From Candidatus Latescibacterota bacterium (GTDB lineage Bacteria; Latescibacterota; UBA2968; UBA8231): DNA of 64,000 bases. The notes below the pieces were generated by a model, which did not search any database, was not told where the DNA came from, and saw only the letters and a program-made list of their open reading frames with translations. The position numbers and the translations under genes were made by a program. Numbering within the stretch: the stretch's first letter is position 1; every line of letters begins with the position of its first letter. The stretch is taken from NCBI GenBank assembly GCA_965208105.1, contig OZ242318.1, positions 4,512,001-4,576,000 of the forward strand, in the 5' to 3' direction. Shown here piece after piece: positions 49,976 through 59,996 of the stretch.

Positions 49976-52450
49976 TCAGGTTGGAATCAGCCGCTTCCCA
50001 GCTGACCGGTGCGGGCAGGACTCGCCCCAGTCCAGGGCCAGACTCGTCCTTCCCTCCATTTTCACCACCTCCAGCCCCGCCTCCGGCTTCTCCACCACCT
50101 CGACCAGCAGCGCCCGCGTCAGGCTGGCGATATCGGCTTCGGCGGGGGCCAACCAGGATCTCCACCGGGCGTCGGGGACAACCACCTGCAGGCGCTCAAG
50201 GGGGGTGCCCAGGGGCAATTTGGCAGCGCTTTTTCGGCGCCGGACAACGGTCCCCACGTCCACCAGCACCGCCCCCAGGCGCCGGGCTTCCTTCGAGCGC
50301 AGGGTTTCGTCCACCTGCGGCCAGGATTCCTGGTGCAGCGATCCACCCCCCGCTAGATGGGAGAAAAGCGCCTGGTAAATCGCCTCGGTGACATAGGGGA
50401 GAAATGGCGCCAGCAGCTTGACGCTGGTTGCGAGGCAGCGCTCCAGGGTCCAGCAGGCTCCGCGGCGGGGGCCGACGCTGCGGCCATAGAGCCGCTTCTT
50501 GGCCATTTCGAGGTAGTTGTCGGCCAGGTCTCGCCAGAAAAAGGTCACGATCGCGCTTTTGGCCACGGCGTGGTCATAGCCTTCCAAGGCCCTGGTCGCC
50601 TGCAGATTCACCTCCTGGAGCTGGGCGAGAATCCAGGCGTCGGCCGGCGATAGATCCGGCCTTTCTTCAGCTGCCGCCCGATGGAGAAAGGGCGCACTGA
50701 ACCGGGCCACGTTCCACAGCTTGGTCGAGAGCCGGGCCCCCGCCTGCATCTTGTCCTCGCTGATGCGCGCGTCCCGCCCCAGCCCGGTGCTGGCGGACCA
50801 ATAGCGCAGGGCATCTGCCGGGTAGCGGGAAAGCAACTGTTTCGGGCTGAGGGCGCTTCCACCGCGGCTTTTGCTGATCTTGCCCTGCCCCTCCGGTGCC
50901 AGGCCCCATCCGGACACGGCAACTGTCCTCCAGGGCAGGCTGCCGAAGTGGTGCCGGGCCCGGACGAGGGAATAGAATGCCCAGCTGCGGATGATCTCGT
51001 GGGCCAGGGGCCGCACGCTGAAGGGATGGACGCGGCCGTATAGATCATCGTCCTGTCCCAGGCCCCCGGCGATCTGAGGGGTCAATGACGAGGTCGCCCA
51101 GGTGTCCATCACGTCACTTTCCCCGCGCCATTTCGAGGCCCCGCAAATGCAGGAGCCCGACGGCCGGCTTTGCCGCGGGTCGACGGGCAATTCGCCCATC
51201 GAGGCCACCCTTTCCCGCCCACAGGCGGAGCAGTGCCAGGCTGGGAAGGGCACTCCGAAGAAGCGCTGCCGGGAAATGCACCAGTCCCAGGCGAGGCCCT
51301 CCACCCATTGGCGGTAACGGATGCCCATATGGGCGGGCCGCCAGTCCAGCTGCTTCCCCATTTCCACGAGTTCCTCCTTGTAGTCCAGGACGCGCACGAA
51401 CCACTGGGGTGTCACCCGGTATTCCACCGGAGTTCCGCAGCGCTCGTGCACCCGCACCGCCTGGGGCAAGGACCGTTCACCCAGCAGTGCTCCACAACCA
51501 TCCAGGGCCTTCAGGGTCGGGGCACGCGCGTCGACCGCGGGCAGACCACGTCCAGGACCCCTGGTCAGGTGACCGCGGCGGTCGAGGACTTCGATGAGCT
51601 CCAGATCGTACTCGCGCCACCACTCCACGTCCGCGGAGTCCCCGAAGGTACAGCACATGACCGCGCCGGAGCCCTTGTCCGGGTCGACCCCGGAATCCGT
51701 CCGCACCTCGACCCGGCGCCCATCCAGGGGGACCTCCACCCGCCCGCCGATCAGGGAGGAGAATCGAGGGTCTCCAGGATGGACGAACACGGCCACACAG
51801 GCAGGCAACAACTCGGGCCTGGTCGTGGCCACCGGAAGCGCGCCTCCCTCAGCCAGGGCGAATGCAATGGTATGCATGGCGCTCTTCCTCTCGATTTCCT
51901 CCAGGTCGGCCTGGGAAATGGCCGTGACGCAGGCCGGGCACCAGATGACCGGAGCCTCCCTCCGGTAGACCAGGTCCTTTTCCCATAAGTCCACGAAAGC
52001 CCATTGGGCAAGCCGGACCGCCTCGATGGTGCGGTATGTCCGGGTCCAGTCCACCGACAGGCCCAGTTCCCGGAACAATTCCCGGTATTCTCCGGCGGCC
52101 TCTCTGCTCAGCGCCTGGCAGCGGGCGCGGAAACGGGCGGGCTCAAACTCCTCGGCCCTTCGCCCCAGCTCGCGCTCCACCAGCTGCTCCGTGGGCAACC
52201 CGTTGTCGTCGAAGCCCATGGGGTAGAACACGGCGCGGCCCCTCATGCGCTGGAAACGGGCGATGAAATCGGTCTGGCAGTAGGAATAGACGTGGCCCAT
52301 GTGCAGCTTCCCCGAGACCGTGGGAGGGGGAGTGTCGATGGAGTGAATGGGCTGTCCCTGGCGCACGGCAAAGCGGTGGACCCCGCGTTCTTCCCAGAAT
52401 GCCCGCAGGCGGGGTTCCTCGGTCCTGAACTCGAATCTTTTCGCAAGCAT
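49976..52450 (-). CDS. valS: Valine--tRNA ligase (short type lacking C-terminal coiled coil)
   Basis: IDTPPPTVSGKLHMGH, TTRPEL, DWCISRQR, DVMDTWATSS, KISKS; GAAGGAG RBS. Confidence 0.95.
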   Translation of the reverse strand: MLAKRFEFRTEEPRLRAFWEERGVHRFAVRQGQPIHSIDTPPPTVSGKLHMGHVYSYCQTDFIARFQRMRGRAVFYPMGFDDNGLPTEQLVERELGRRAEEFEPARFRARCQALSREAAGEYRELFRELGLSVDWTRTYRTIEAVRLAQWAFVDLWEKDLVYRREAPVIWCPACVTAISQADLEEIERKSAMHTIAFALAEGGALPVATTRPELLPACVAVFVHPGDPRFSSLIGGRVEVPLDGRRVEVRTDSGVDPDKGSGAVMCCTFGDSADVEWWREYDLELIEVLDRRGHLTRGPGRGLPAVDARAPTLKALDGCGALLGERSLPQAVRVHERCGTPVEYRVTPQWFVRVLDYKEELVEMGKQLDWRPAHMGIRYRQWVEGLAWDWCISRQRFFGVPFPAWHCSACGRERVASMGELPVDPRQSRPSGSCICGASKWRGESDVMDTWATSSLTPQIAGGLGQDDDLYGRVHPFSVRPLAHEIIRSWAFYSLVRARHHFGSLPWRTVAVSGWGLAPEGQGKISKSRGGSALSPKQLLSRYPADALRYWSASTGLGRDARISEDKMQAGARLSTKLWNVARFSAPFLHRAAAEERPDLSPADAWILAQLQEVNLQATRALEGYDHAVAKSAIVTFFWRDLADNYLEMAKKRLYGRSVGPRRGACWTLERCLATSVKLLAPFLPYVTEAIYQALFSHLAGGGSLHQESWPQVDETLRSKEARRLGAVLVDVGTVVRRRKSAAKLPLGTPLERLQVVVPDARWRSWLAPAEADIASLTRALLVEVVEKPEAGLEVVKMEGRTSLALDWGESCPHRSAGKRLIPT

Positions 52451-52472
52451 GGGGTCTCCTTCCTGAATTGAT

Positions 52473-52513
52473 AAAAAAAACCCGCTCCGGGTCGGGATCG
52501 ACAGCGGGCGGGT
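52473..52513 (-). terminator. Intrinsic terminator directly upstream of valS (attenuator 2)
   Basis: CCCGCT-GTCG..CGAC..AGCGGG followed by T8 on the minus strand. Confidence 0.75.
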
Positions 52514-52550
52514 CAAGGCCAAGGTTCGGCGTGATTTAACGGCGCCGCGG

Positions 52551-52640
52551 TCAGAACATGGCCGTCCCTACCAGCGGAGATACGGTCTCTGCCATCCACA
52601 CCGGCCCTGCTCCAGGGTTGCCGGAAGCTCTGATCGCCAT
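52551..52640 (-). CDS. Putative leader peptide 2 (29 aa, MAIRASGNPGAGPVWMAETVSPLVGTAMF)
   Basis: GAAGGGGG RBS; Val codons GTG, GTA, GTA; stop ~40 nt before the terminator. Confidence 0.5.
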   Translation of the reverse strand: MAIRASGNPGAGPVWMAETVSPLVGTAMF

Positions 52641-52702
52641 TTCAAAATCCCCCTTCAGGACTCGCAGCCTCCGAGCCTGTGAGTGTTTGTCCGGAAATGG
52701 AC

Positions 52703-52737
52703 AAAAAAACCGCCGCCGAGTCGAACTCGGCGGCGGT
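52703..52737 (-). terminator. Intrinsic terminator (attenuator 1)
   Basis: Perfect stem ACCGCCGCCGAG-TTCGA-CTCGGCGGCGGT running into a T7 tract. Confidence 0.85.
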
Positions 52738-52762
52738 GGGTAGCTAAAGTTGCCTTCGATCC

Positions 52763-52861
52763 TCAGGCCATGACCGCCGCCGTCTCCTCGCCTACACCTA
52801 CGAACGGAACCTGCCCTTCTGGCTGGGCAGCGGCGGGGAAATTCGGAACCTGACTGGTCAT
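52763..52861 (-). CDS. Putative valS leader peptide 1 (32 aa, MTSQVPNFPAAAQPEGQVPFVGVGEETAAVMA)
   Basis: Five Val codons (GTT, GTT, GTA, GTA, GTC); 3' end CGGCGGCGGT complementary to the terminator 5' arm. Confidence 0.65.
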   Translation of the reverse strand: MTSQVPNFPAAAQPEGQVPFVGVGEETAAVMA

Positions 52862-52911
52862 GGGTCTGCAATCCGGGTCAGTGGAAAATTCCAGATAAAA
52901 ACCTCGGAATC

Positions 52912-52940
52912 AAAATAGGAATCCCGGCGCAGGAGGTCAA
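52912..52940 (-). promoter_or_regulatory. Sigma70-like promoter of the valS leader
   Basis: TTGACC-17 bp-TATTTT. Confidence 0.5.
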
Positions 52941-53124
52941 GGACACCCCCGCCGCAAGGGCAGGAATACCAGGGCCTTCGGGCTTCCCGGTGGGATTGGC
53001 CCGCGTTTTGCGCCTTAGAGGAGGAGAGAGGGAGACTCGAAGTCTCGGTCAACTGGTTGGCGGACACTTCGGGAAGATCCGAGGCGTGAATCTAAGTACC
53101 AGTTCCGAGGAGTGTTACGCGATC

Positions 53125-54276
53125 ATGGAAGGCATTGAAAAAGGTGCAGGAAGGGAAGGAAAAGGGGGAGTCGCAAGTGGTGAATTGTGGAGGCCTGCGG
53201 CAGATTTTTACAGGCACGGGGAAAATTATTCCTATTTAGCGGGTTCGCCTGGGCAGCCCCTCCAATCCCGGGGTGATGGTTTCGCCCGATACCGGGGGCT
53301 TCTGAAGAGGCATGTCTCGCGCGCCGCACTGGGGCTGGCGCTGATTGGAGCGTGTCTCTGGTGCCTGGGCTGCGGTTCCCGGTCCGAAGGAACGGATGGG
53401 GAGGCGTATTACCTCAGGGGCGCGTCTGGGTCCGGGGCTTTCGTCGCCAAGGCGGCCGTTCACCCGGCACCAGGGCTGCCCGCTTCCCGGGAGCTCGAGG
53501 CGGGACAGGTTGCGGATGATCCTTATCCTCAGGATCCTGCAATCTCCTCCTTGCCCCTTCCGGGGAAGGATGCCGTGGAGGGAATGGAAGATCCGGTCCT
53601 CGACGATTTCCGCTCCATTGTCGACAACGAGCAGCGCAAAGCTCGATTTTTCGCATTTTTGCGGCCGTTGGTCGAAACCGAAAACAGGCGCCTCGAAGCG
53701 GAGCGCCAGGCCCTGCAGAGACTGCACGAAAAATTCCGCCGGGTTGGGGGCCTTAACGCCACCGAGTTGGCCTGGTTGCAGGAACGAGCGGCGGAATACC
53801 GCCTCGGTGACCTGCCCATACCTTCCGAGGAGGTCTTTCGCCTCCTGCTGCAGCGGATCGACTCCCTGCCGGTGGAATTGGTGCTTTCCCAGGCCGCATT
53901 CGAGTCGGGCTGGGGATGCTCGCGCTTCGCCAGGGAGGGGTTCAACCTGTTCGGCGAATGGTGCTTCGAGGCCGGTTGCGGGCTGGTCCCCATGCGGAGA
54001 GAGGCGGGAGCAACTCACGAAGTTGCCGTTTTCGACAGCCCGCGCAGATCGGTGCAATCCTACATGCGCAATCTCAACGCCCATCCCGCCTACCAGGGTC
54101 TGCGCCTGCTGCGAACCGAGAAGCGGCTCCAGGGCGAGCGGGCGGACGGATTTACCCTTGCCGCCGGCCTGATGGGTTATTCGGAAATGGGCCAGGAGTA
54201 CGTCGACCGGCTGTGCCTTATCATGCGCCACAACCAGGCGCTCATGGCGGGCGGAGGGCAAGGGGTAGCCTTGTAG
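53125..54276 (+). CDS. Bax-like glucosaminidase (GH73) domain protein
   Basis: RKARFF, SQAAFESGWGCSRFAREGFNLFGEWC, YMRNLNAHPAY..LR, YSE..Y; start uncertain. Confidence 0.85.
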   Translation: MEGIEKGAGREGKGGVASGELWRPAADFYRHGENYSYLAGSPGQPLQSRGDGFARYRGLLKRHVSRAALGLALIGACLWCLGCGSRSEGTDGEAYYLRGASGSGAFVAKAAVHPAPGLPASRELEAGQVADDPYPQDPAISSLPLPGKDAVEGMEDPVLDDFRSIVDNEQRKARFFAFLRPLVETENRRLEAERQALQRLHEKFRRVGGLNATELAWLQERAAEYRLGDLPIPSEEVFRLLLQRIDSLPVELVLSQAAFESGWGCSRFAREGFNLFGEWCFEAGCGLVPMRREAGATHEVAVFDSPRRSVQSYMRNLNAHPAYQGLRLLRTEKRLQGERADGFTLAAGLMGYSEMGQEYVDRLCLIMRHNQALMAGGGQGVAL

Positions 54277-54584
54277 ACTGTTCAGGCGCAAGGAGCTTGC
54301 CTCACGGGCCAGGGTGTCCGGGCTGGACCCCGTGCTTGCGGCGCCGGTCAACCTACCAGCTTCCCATTCCCGCCTTTGGGCGTGACCGCGGCCTCAGCCT
54401 CTCCTCGAGGGGACCGAGCTCTTTGGGCGGCCTATCCATTAGCAGAAACCTGCCTCCGCTGCCGAATCTTAAAAGGCCCCCAATTTTTGATTTTCATAAT
54501 TTTGTAATATATTCCCCTTAACCATCTGGTCCTCCTGGGGTCGTCCGGTAGATCTCCGGAAACCAGGGGCTGTTCTGAAGGGAG

Positions 54585-55595
54585 ATGAAAATGAGCCTTT
54601 CCGTGCCTGTCTCGAATCGATGCGTGGAGCTTCTGCGCTGTAACCTCGTCCCGGGGGCGATCCCGTTTCTGGTCTTTGCATTGACCACTCTCCTGCCTCA
54701 GCCTGCTTCCGGAGGGGCCTGGACTCTTGAAAAGGGCCGCGTTTGGAGCAAGCTAACCTTCATGTCTCAGTCGACCGATCAACACTATGATGCGGACGGA
54801 AAGGCCGTTGAAATTCCCCTCGACGCCCGCTTCCAATCGCGGCAGGTCTATTTCAGCGTGTACTATGGTCTGACGGACCTGGTTGATCTCGGCCTGCAGG
54901 TCCCCTACATCAGCAACAAGTTCGTTGACAAGGATGAGGGTAATGATACAGCGACTCCGCCGCCTGCTCTGGAACCGGAGTCGGGCATAGGCGATCTGCG
55001 AGGGTTTGCCAAGATAAACCTCCTGCAACAGGCGGGTCTGGTCGGCACCCTGAACCTTGGCTTCAAGCTCCCCGTCGGCGAATACCGACCCGTGCCCGAG
55101 GCCCTTTCCATAACCGGAGGCCAGTGGGATTTCGACGCTGTCGCCCAGCTCGGCCGCTCCTTTTCTCCCGTCCCGGCCTACGCCAATCTCGACCTGGGGT
55201 ACCGCCTGCGCGGAGAATACAAGGACACCGACGACATAGATCCCGACCGCAGCTACACTCCCGGCGCCGAGTTCGTCTTCAACCTGGAGGCGGGCTACAG
55301 CCCAAGGGACAGGCTCCTCGTCGCCCTCAAGTACGAAGGCATGTCAGGTGCCGAGTACGACGCCGTCAGCAACCCCGGCTCACCGGAAACCCTCAGCCAG
55401 AGCGTAGCCTACCTGGTTCCCACGGTCCTCGTCGGCCTGCATGCCAATCTGAGCCTGGAAGCCTCGGCGCGCATGACGGTCAGCGGCAGCAGGTATTTCG
55501 CCGGGTCGACCTACTCGCTGGGTCTCTCCTACACCGGCAACCTTATCGAGAAGCTGATCCACCAGGGGACACCTCCCCCTTTTTCCGGGGAATAG
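54585..55595 (+). CDS. Exported hypothetical protein, likely outer-membrane beta-barrel
   Basis: Signal peptide then AWT..KG, YGLTD, SGIGD, KLPVG; amphipathic strands. Confidence 0.7.
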   Translation: MKMSLSVPVSNRCVELLRCNLVPGAIPFLVFALTTLLPQPASGGAWTLEKGRVWSKLTFMSQSTDQHYDADGKAVEIPLDARFQSRQVYFSVYYGLTDLVDLGLQVPYISNKFVDKDEGNDTATPPPALEPESGIGDLRGFAKINLLQQAGLVGTLNLGFKLPVGEYRPVPEALSITGGQWDFDAVAQLGRSFSPVPAYANLDLGYRLRGEYKDTDDIDPDRSYTPGAEFVFNLEAGYSPRDRLLVALKYEGMSGAEYDAVSNPGSPETLSQSVAYLVPTVLVGLHANLSLEASARMTVSGSRYFAGSTYSLGLSYTGNLIEKLIHQGTPPPFSGE

Positions 55596-55689
55596 GACGG
55601 ATCGAGGCAGCGCATGGAGCTCTTTCGGCTCACCCCCTTTCCTTCCAGGGATGTCTTCCGCCTCCCGAACAGTTCGTCCATTCAATCGG

Positions 55690-55718
55690 TTGACGAATTG
55701 ACCCCTCCTGGTTATCAT
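55690..55718 (+). promoter_or_regulatory. Sigma70-like promoter
   Basis: TTGACG-17 bp-TATCAT. Confidence 0.6.
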
Positions 55719-55803
55719 TGGAATTACCTTGACTCAACGGATTCCCTTCAGAATCCCCCTTCTTCCCAATTTCTACCCCTTCAACGAATAGCAAGAGGTT
55801 CAA

Positions 55804-56037
55804 ATGAACAACTATCTGAAAACCATTGGAGTATCCATTGGACTATTGGGCGTCGGCGCGGCAGGCGGGCTGGCACTGGGTCTGGCGGCCGGTATCCTGC
55901 TTGCTCCACGCAGCGGGCGGGAATCGCGTGAATCGGTGCGTCGCGGCGTCGGTCAGGCGGTGGACAAGGGCCGCACCTACGTAGACAAGATTCGCACCCA
56001 CGTGGGCGACGGAGTAGAGACGGTCGCGGAGGAATAG
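55804..56037 (+). CDS. YtxH domain-containing protein
   Basis: Gly-rich hydrophobic helix then GILLAPRSGRESR. Confidence 0.8.
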   Translation: MNNYLKTIGVSIGLLGVGAAGGLALGLAAGILLAPRSGRESRESVRRGVGQAVDKGRTYVDKIRTHVGDGVETVAEE

Positions 56038-56309
56038 TTCTCCAGGCCTGTCTCCGTGCCTCGATTCGCAAAGAGGTCCGGCTGAAAAATATCCGGCCCA
56101 GGGTGAGTGGGCCTGGTTCCGCCGTACCGCGCGCCCGTTCAGACCGGCATCAACGGGAATGCCCTTGGTGGAAATGGACCGGGGTTCCATCCTCCGGGAC
56201 GCGGTTGCCTGGGGGCTTTCGCTTGTCGTATTTGCTGGGAGGCGGCCGGGTCGCCTTGCCCGTTCCGAGTTGAAACGCTCGACCGATCCGGCATACCCCT
56301 TCCGCTAAA

Positions 56310-56367
56310 TTATCGTCCAAAGCGATAACCGCACTGGTTATCGCACCCCATTGGATTGATGCGATAA
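56310..56367. promoter_or_regulatory. Operator-like inverted-repeat array
   Basis: GCGATAACC-N5-GGTTATCGC (56322-56344) plus outer half-sites TTATCG (56310) and GCGATAA (56361). Confidence 0.55.
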
Positions 56368-56397
56368 GGCGTATGGGCATTTTCCAGGTCTCCTCAA

Positions 56398-57573
56398 ATG
56401 CATATACCTGAGGCATATCGGCCGGGCTACGAGAAGGCTCGGGTGTCCGACCCCGAGCTCGCCAGGACCTACATCGAGCACACCCTCATAGCCGACCCCG
56501 AAGCGGATGCACTGGTAAATGAGCTGGCAGCAGCCGACCAGGTGCAGCAGGGAGAGTTCATCCGGGCCGGAATGGACCAGGATGAGGAGGGATTGCGCTC
56601 TGCACCCGGGATAGTGAGGGATTTCTTCGATCGGGTCGGGACTCCTCCCGAGTGGTTCGATCCCCTGGTGGTTTCGGCGGGATGCCGCAAATTCCACGCC
56701 TACTCCGACCTGTTTCTCACCGCCTTCGTCACCGATATCATCGTCCGCGGCTTCACGACCCTGATCAGCCAGTCTTTCTTCATCACGGGAAGGCTGACCG
56801 ACCGGGGAGTGCGGCGGCTGCGGCAAAATATCCGTCACCTCCTGGAGATCACCATGCCGGGCGGCCTGGACCGGCAAGGGGAGGGCTGGAAGCTGTCCGT
56901 CCGCCTGAGGCTGGTTCACGCGCGGGTCAGGCAACAGCTTCTCGGTTCCGAAGATTGGGACCAGGAAGCTCACGGAATGCCGATCAGCGCCGCCCACGTC
57001 GCCCTCGCGACCTGCAACTTCTCGGGCATCATGCTGTGGGCAGCCGGGAGAATCGGAGCACGCCTGAACGAGGACGAGCGCTCCAGTTTCATGCAGATCT
57101 GGCGCTACACCGCCTGGCTGATGGGAGTGCCCGACGCGCTGCTGTTCCGCGATGAGGCCGAGGCCCGCAAAATTTTCCGGGTGGGCTACATGTGCGAGCC
57201 TCCGTTCGGCCTCGAGGCCATTGCCATGGCCAACTCGGTAATAAACTCGGCCCCCCTGGTTATCGGCATTGAAGACCGGGACCAGCGCAAATCCCTGATT
57301 AAGTTCGGATACCGTCTTTCCAGGGCATTGCTCGGGGACGAACTCGCCGACCGGCTCAGGTTCCCCAAAAGTCGGACGGCCGGGACCCTGGCCTACTTGC
57401 GCGCCAAGCGCAGATTCCAGGAGGCGGTTGCGGCCCTGAGGGGCGGCGGGCGGCCCGCCGGAAGTCTGCGCGCCCAGAACTTCATGACCATGCTCGACAT
57501 CTCCGTGCTCGACGAGGAACGGATCAGCTACCGGCTGCCCGACGAGCTGCACGGAGACCCGAAGAGTTGGTGA
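56398..57573 (+). CDS. MpaB/Lcp (DUF2236)-family oxygenase-like protein
   Basis: ADPEADAL, PEWFD, VRLRLVHARVR (heme-ligand His in Lcp family), WD....GMPIS, WRYTAWLMGV. Confidence 0.85.
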   Translation: MHIPEAYRPGYEKARVSDPELARTYIEHTLIADPEADALVNELAAADQVQQGEFIRAGMDQDEEGLRSAPGIVRDFFDRVGTPPEWFDPLVVSAGCRKFHAYSDLFLTAFVTDIIVRGFTTLISQSFFITGRLTDRGVRRLRQNIRHLLEITMPGGLDRQGEGWKLSVRLRLVHARVRQQLLGSEDWDQEAHGMPISAAHVALATCNFSGIMLWAAGRIGARLNEDERSSFMQIWRYTAWLMGVPDALLFRDEAEARKIFRVGYMCEPPFGLEAIAMANSVINSAPLVIGIEDRDQRKSLIKFGYRLSRALLGDELADRLRFPKSRTAGTLAYLRAKRRFQEAVAALRGGGRPAGSLRAQNFMTMLDISVLDEERISYRLPDELHGDPKSW

Positions 57574-57636
57574 AGCACCATCTTTTCAGGGTAGACGATC
57601 CGCGGAACCTCGCCTTCGAACCCCAGGAGAACACCC

Positions 57637-59919
57637 ATGTTCCTGGAAAGCTACATCGCCGCCATCCTGCGCCTCAGGTGGATGGTGGTGGCCCTGGCGA
57701 CGCTGGTCATGCTGGCCGCCGGGGCTGGAGTCCGCCACCTCACGGTCACCAACGATTACCGCATCCTGTTCAGCGCGGACAATCCGCAGTTTCTCGCCCT
57801 CGACGCCCTGGAGAACACCTACTCCGGATCCAACAGCGCCCTGATTGCCGTTGCCCCGCGCACCGGTTCGGTATTTACCCGCGAGGTTCTCGCTGCGGTT
57901 GAGGAGCTGACAGAAGCCGGGTGGAGGGCCCCCTGTTCCAGCCGGGTGAACTCCCTCACCAACCATACCCACAGCGAAGCCTTCGAGGATGAGCTCGTCG
58001 TCGCCCCTCTTGTAGATGATGCGGCATCGATGAGCGATGGCGAGTTGGCCCGGGTGGAGGGGATCGCCCTGGACTCGCCCGAAATCGCCGGGCGCCTGGT
58101 CTCACACGACGGCAGAACCGCAGGAGTGGCGATCAATTTTATTCTGCCCGAGAACCCTGACCAGGCTGTATTCGAAATTACCGACTACCTCAACTCGCTT
58201 CTGGATCAAGCCCGCGCCGAGCGCCCTGGAATCGATTACTACCTCACCGGGGACGTGGTGATGAACCGGGCATTTTCCGATGCCACCCGGATGGACCTCG
58301 AGACCCTCACCCCCATCGTATTTCTCATCATCGTGGTCCTCTCGATTGTTCTCCTGCGTTCGCTTTTGGGCACGGTGGCCATAATCGCCGTACTCCTCTT
58401 CGTAATCAATACCACCATGGGATCCGCCGGCTGGGCGCAGGTGGTGTTCAGTCCCACCAACGCCGGGGTGCCGATCATCGTCATGGTGATAGCCATGGCC
58501 GATTCGATCCACATCGTCACCAGTGTCCTTCGGGGTATACGGCGAGGCCTGGGCCGCAATGCCGCCATCGTCGATGCGTTCCACGTCAATGCCTCTCCCA
58601 TATTGATCACCTCGATCACCACCGCGATCGGCTTCCTCAGCCTGAATGCCTCGGATTCGCCTCCTTTTCACGTGCTCGGCAACTGCGTGGCGTTCGGCGT
58701 CCTGTGCGCCTTCGCATACACCATGACCCTCCTGCCTGCCCTGCTTGCGCTGCTTCCGTTGCGCACGCCCCGGGTCTCCTCCGAGGGAAGCGCCTTCTTC
58801 GACCGCCTCGCCGACTTCGTCATCGCGCGGAGGAGACTGCTTCTGGGCTCCCTGACCCTGGTGGTCGTCGTCCTGGCCCTGGGCATTCCGCGGATCGAGC
58901 TCAGCGACAACATGGCCCGGTATTTTGACGAACGCTACCAGTTCAGGCGGGACACCGATTTCATCACGGAGAACCTGACCGGGGTGGACAAGCTGGAATA
59001 CTCGCTGGAGTCGGGGAGCGAAGGAGGCATCACCGACCCGGGTTATCTGCGCCACGTCGAGGCTTTCGCCGAGTGGTACAGGAAGCAACCCGAAGTGACC
59101 CACGTCCAGGCTTTTTCGGACATAATGAAGCGTCTCAACCAGAACATGCACGGCGACGACCCGGAATTCTACCGCCTGCCCGAGGATCCCGACCTGGCGG
59201 CGCAGTACCTCTTGCTCTACGAGCTGTCGCTTCCGTTCGGCAGCGACCTCAACGACCGCATAGACGTGGCCAAATCCGCCACCCGCATGGTGGTGGTGAC
59301 CAGAAACGCGTGGTCTCGGGATATACGTGAGTTGGACAAGCGCGCCCGCGACTGGCTGAGCGCAAATGCCCCCGATTTTACCCGCGAAGCATCGGGCTTG
59401 AGCGTGGTCTTCGCCCACCTGTCCCTGCGCAATATCAACAGCATGCTGCGCGGAACGATCCTGGCGATGGCTCTCATCTCGTTCATCCTCATCTGGATCT
59501 TCAAGAGCGTGCGAACCGGCCTTCTGAGCCTTCTCCCGAATTTCATCCCGGCCGTCATGAGCTTCGGTCTCTGGGGCTATCTCGTCGGAAACGTGGGCAT
59601 TGCTTCCTCGGTGGTCATCGCCGTGGTCTTCGGGATAGTCGTGGACGACACCATTCATTTTCTGAGTAAATATCTGAAAGCTCGGCGCCAGGGCCTTCCT
59701 GCACCGGAGGCGGTGCGCTTCGCATTCCACACCGTGGGCCATGCGCTGTGGACTACGACCGCGGTGCTGTCGGCCGGATTCCTCGTTTTCGCCACGTCGG
59801 GGTTCGAGGTCAGCTGGGCACTCGGCCTTCTGGTCACAATCACCATCGTCTTCGCGCTCGTAGCCGACTTTCTCCTCCTTCCCACGCTGCTCATGGCCAT
59901 CGACGGGAGGAACCGATGA
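57637..59919 (+). CDS. MMPL/RND family transporter
   Basis: Two-repeat topology, IAMADSIH, TSITTAIGFLSL, GIVVDDTIHF. Confidence 0.92.
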   Translation: MFLESYIAAILRLRWMVVALATLVMLAAGAGVRHLTVTNDYRILFSADNPQFLALDALENTYSGSNSALIAVAPRTGSVFTREVLAAVEELTEAGWRAPCSSRVNSLTNHTHSEAFEDELVVAPLVDDAASMSDGELARVEGIALDSPEIAGRLVSHDGRTAGVAINFILPENPDQAVFEITDYLNSLLDQARAERPGIDYYLTGDVVMNRAFSDATRMDLETLTPIVFLIIVVLSIVLLRSLLGTVAIIAVLLFVINTTMGSAGWAQVVFSPTNAGVPIIVMVIAMADSIHIVTSVLRGIRRGLGRNAAIVDAFHVNASPILITSITTAIGFLSLNASDSPPFHVLGNCVAFGVLCAFAYTMTLLPALLALLPLRTPRVSSEGSAFFDRLADFVIARRRLLLGSLTLVVVVLALGIPRIELSDNMARYFDERYQFRRDTDFITENLTGVDKLEYSLESGSEGGITDPGYLRHVEAFAEWYRKQPEVTHVQAFSDIMKRLNQNMHGDDPEFYRLPEDPDLAAQYLLLYELSLPFGSDLNDRIDVAKSATRMVVVTRNAWSRDIRELDKRARDWLSANAPDFTREASGLSVVFAHLSLRNINSMLRGTILAMALISFILIWIFKSVRTGLLSLLPNFIPAVMSFGLWGYLVGNVGIASSVVIAVVFGIVVDDTIHFLSKYLKARRQGLPAPEAVRFAFHTVGHALWTTTAVLSAGFLVFATSGFEVSWALGLLVTITIVFALVADFLLLPTLLMAIDGRNR

Positions 59920-59996
59920 CCGCGCCTTCTCCCGCAGCAGCCGGGCATCCTGGAGGAGGCTGGATATCACTGACGACCATTGAGTAGACTTCCGCC

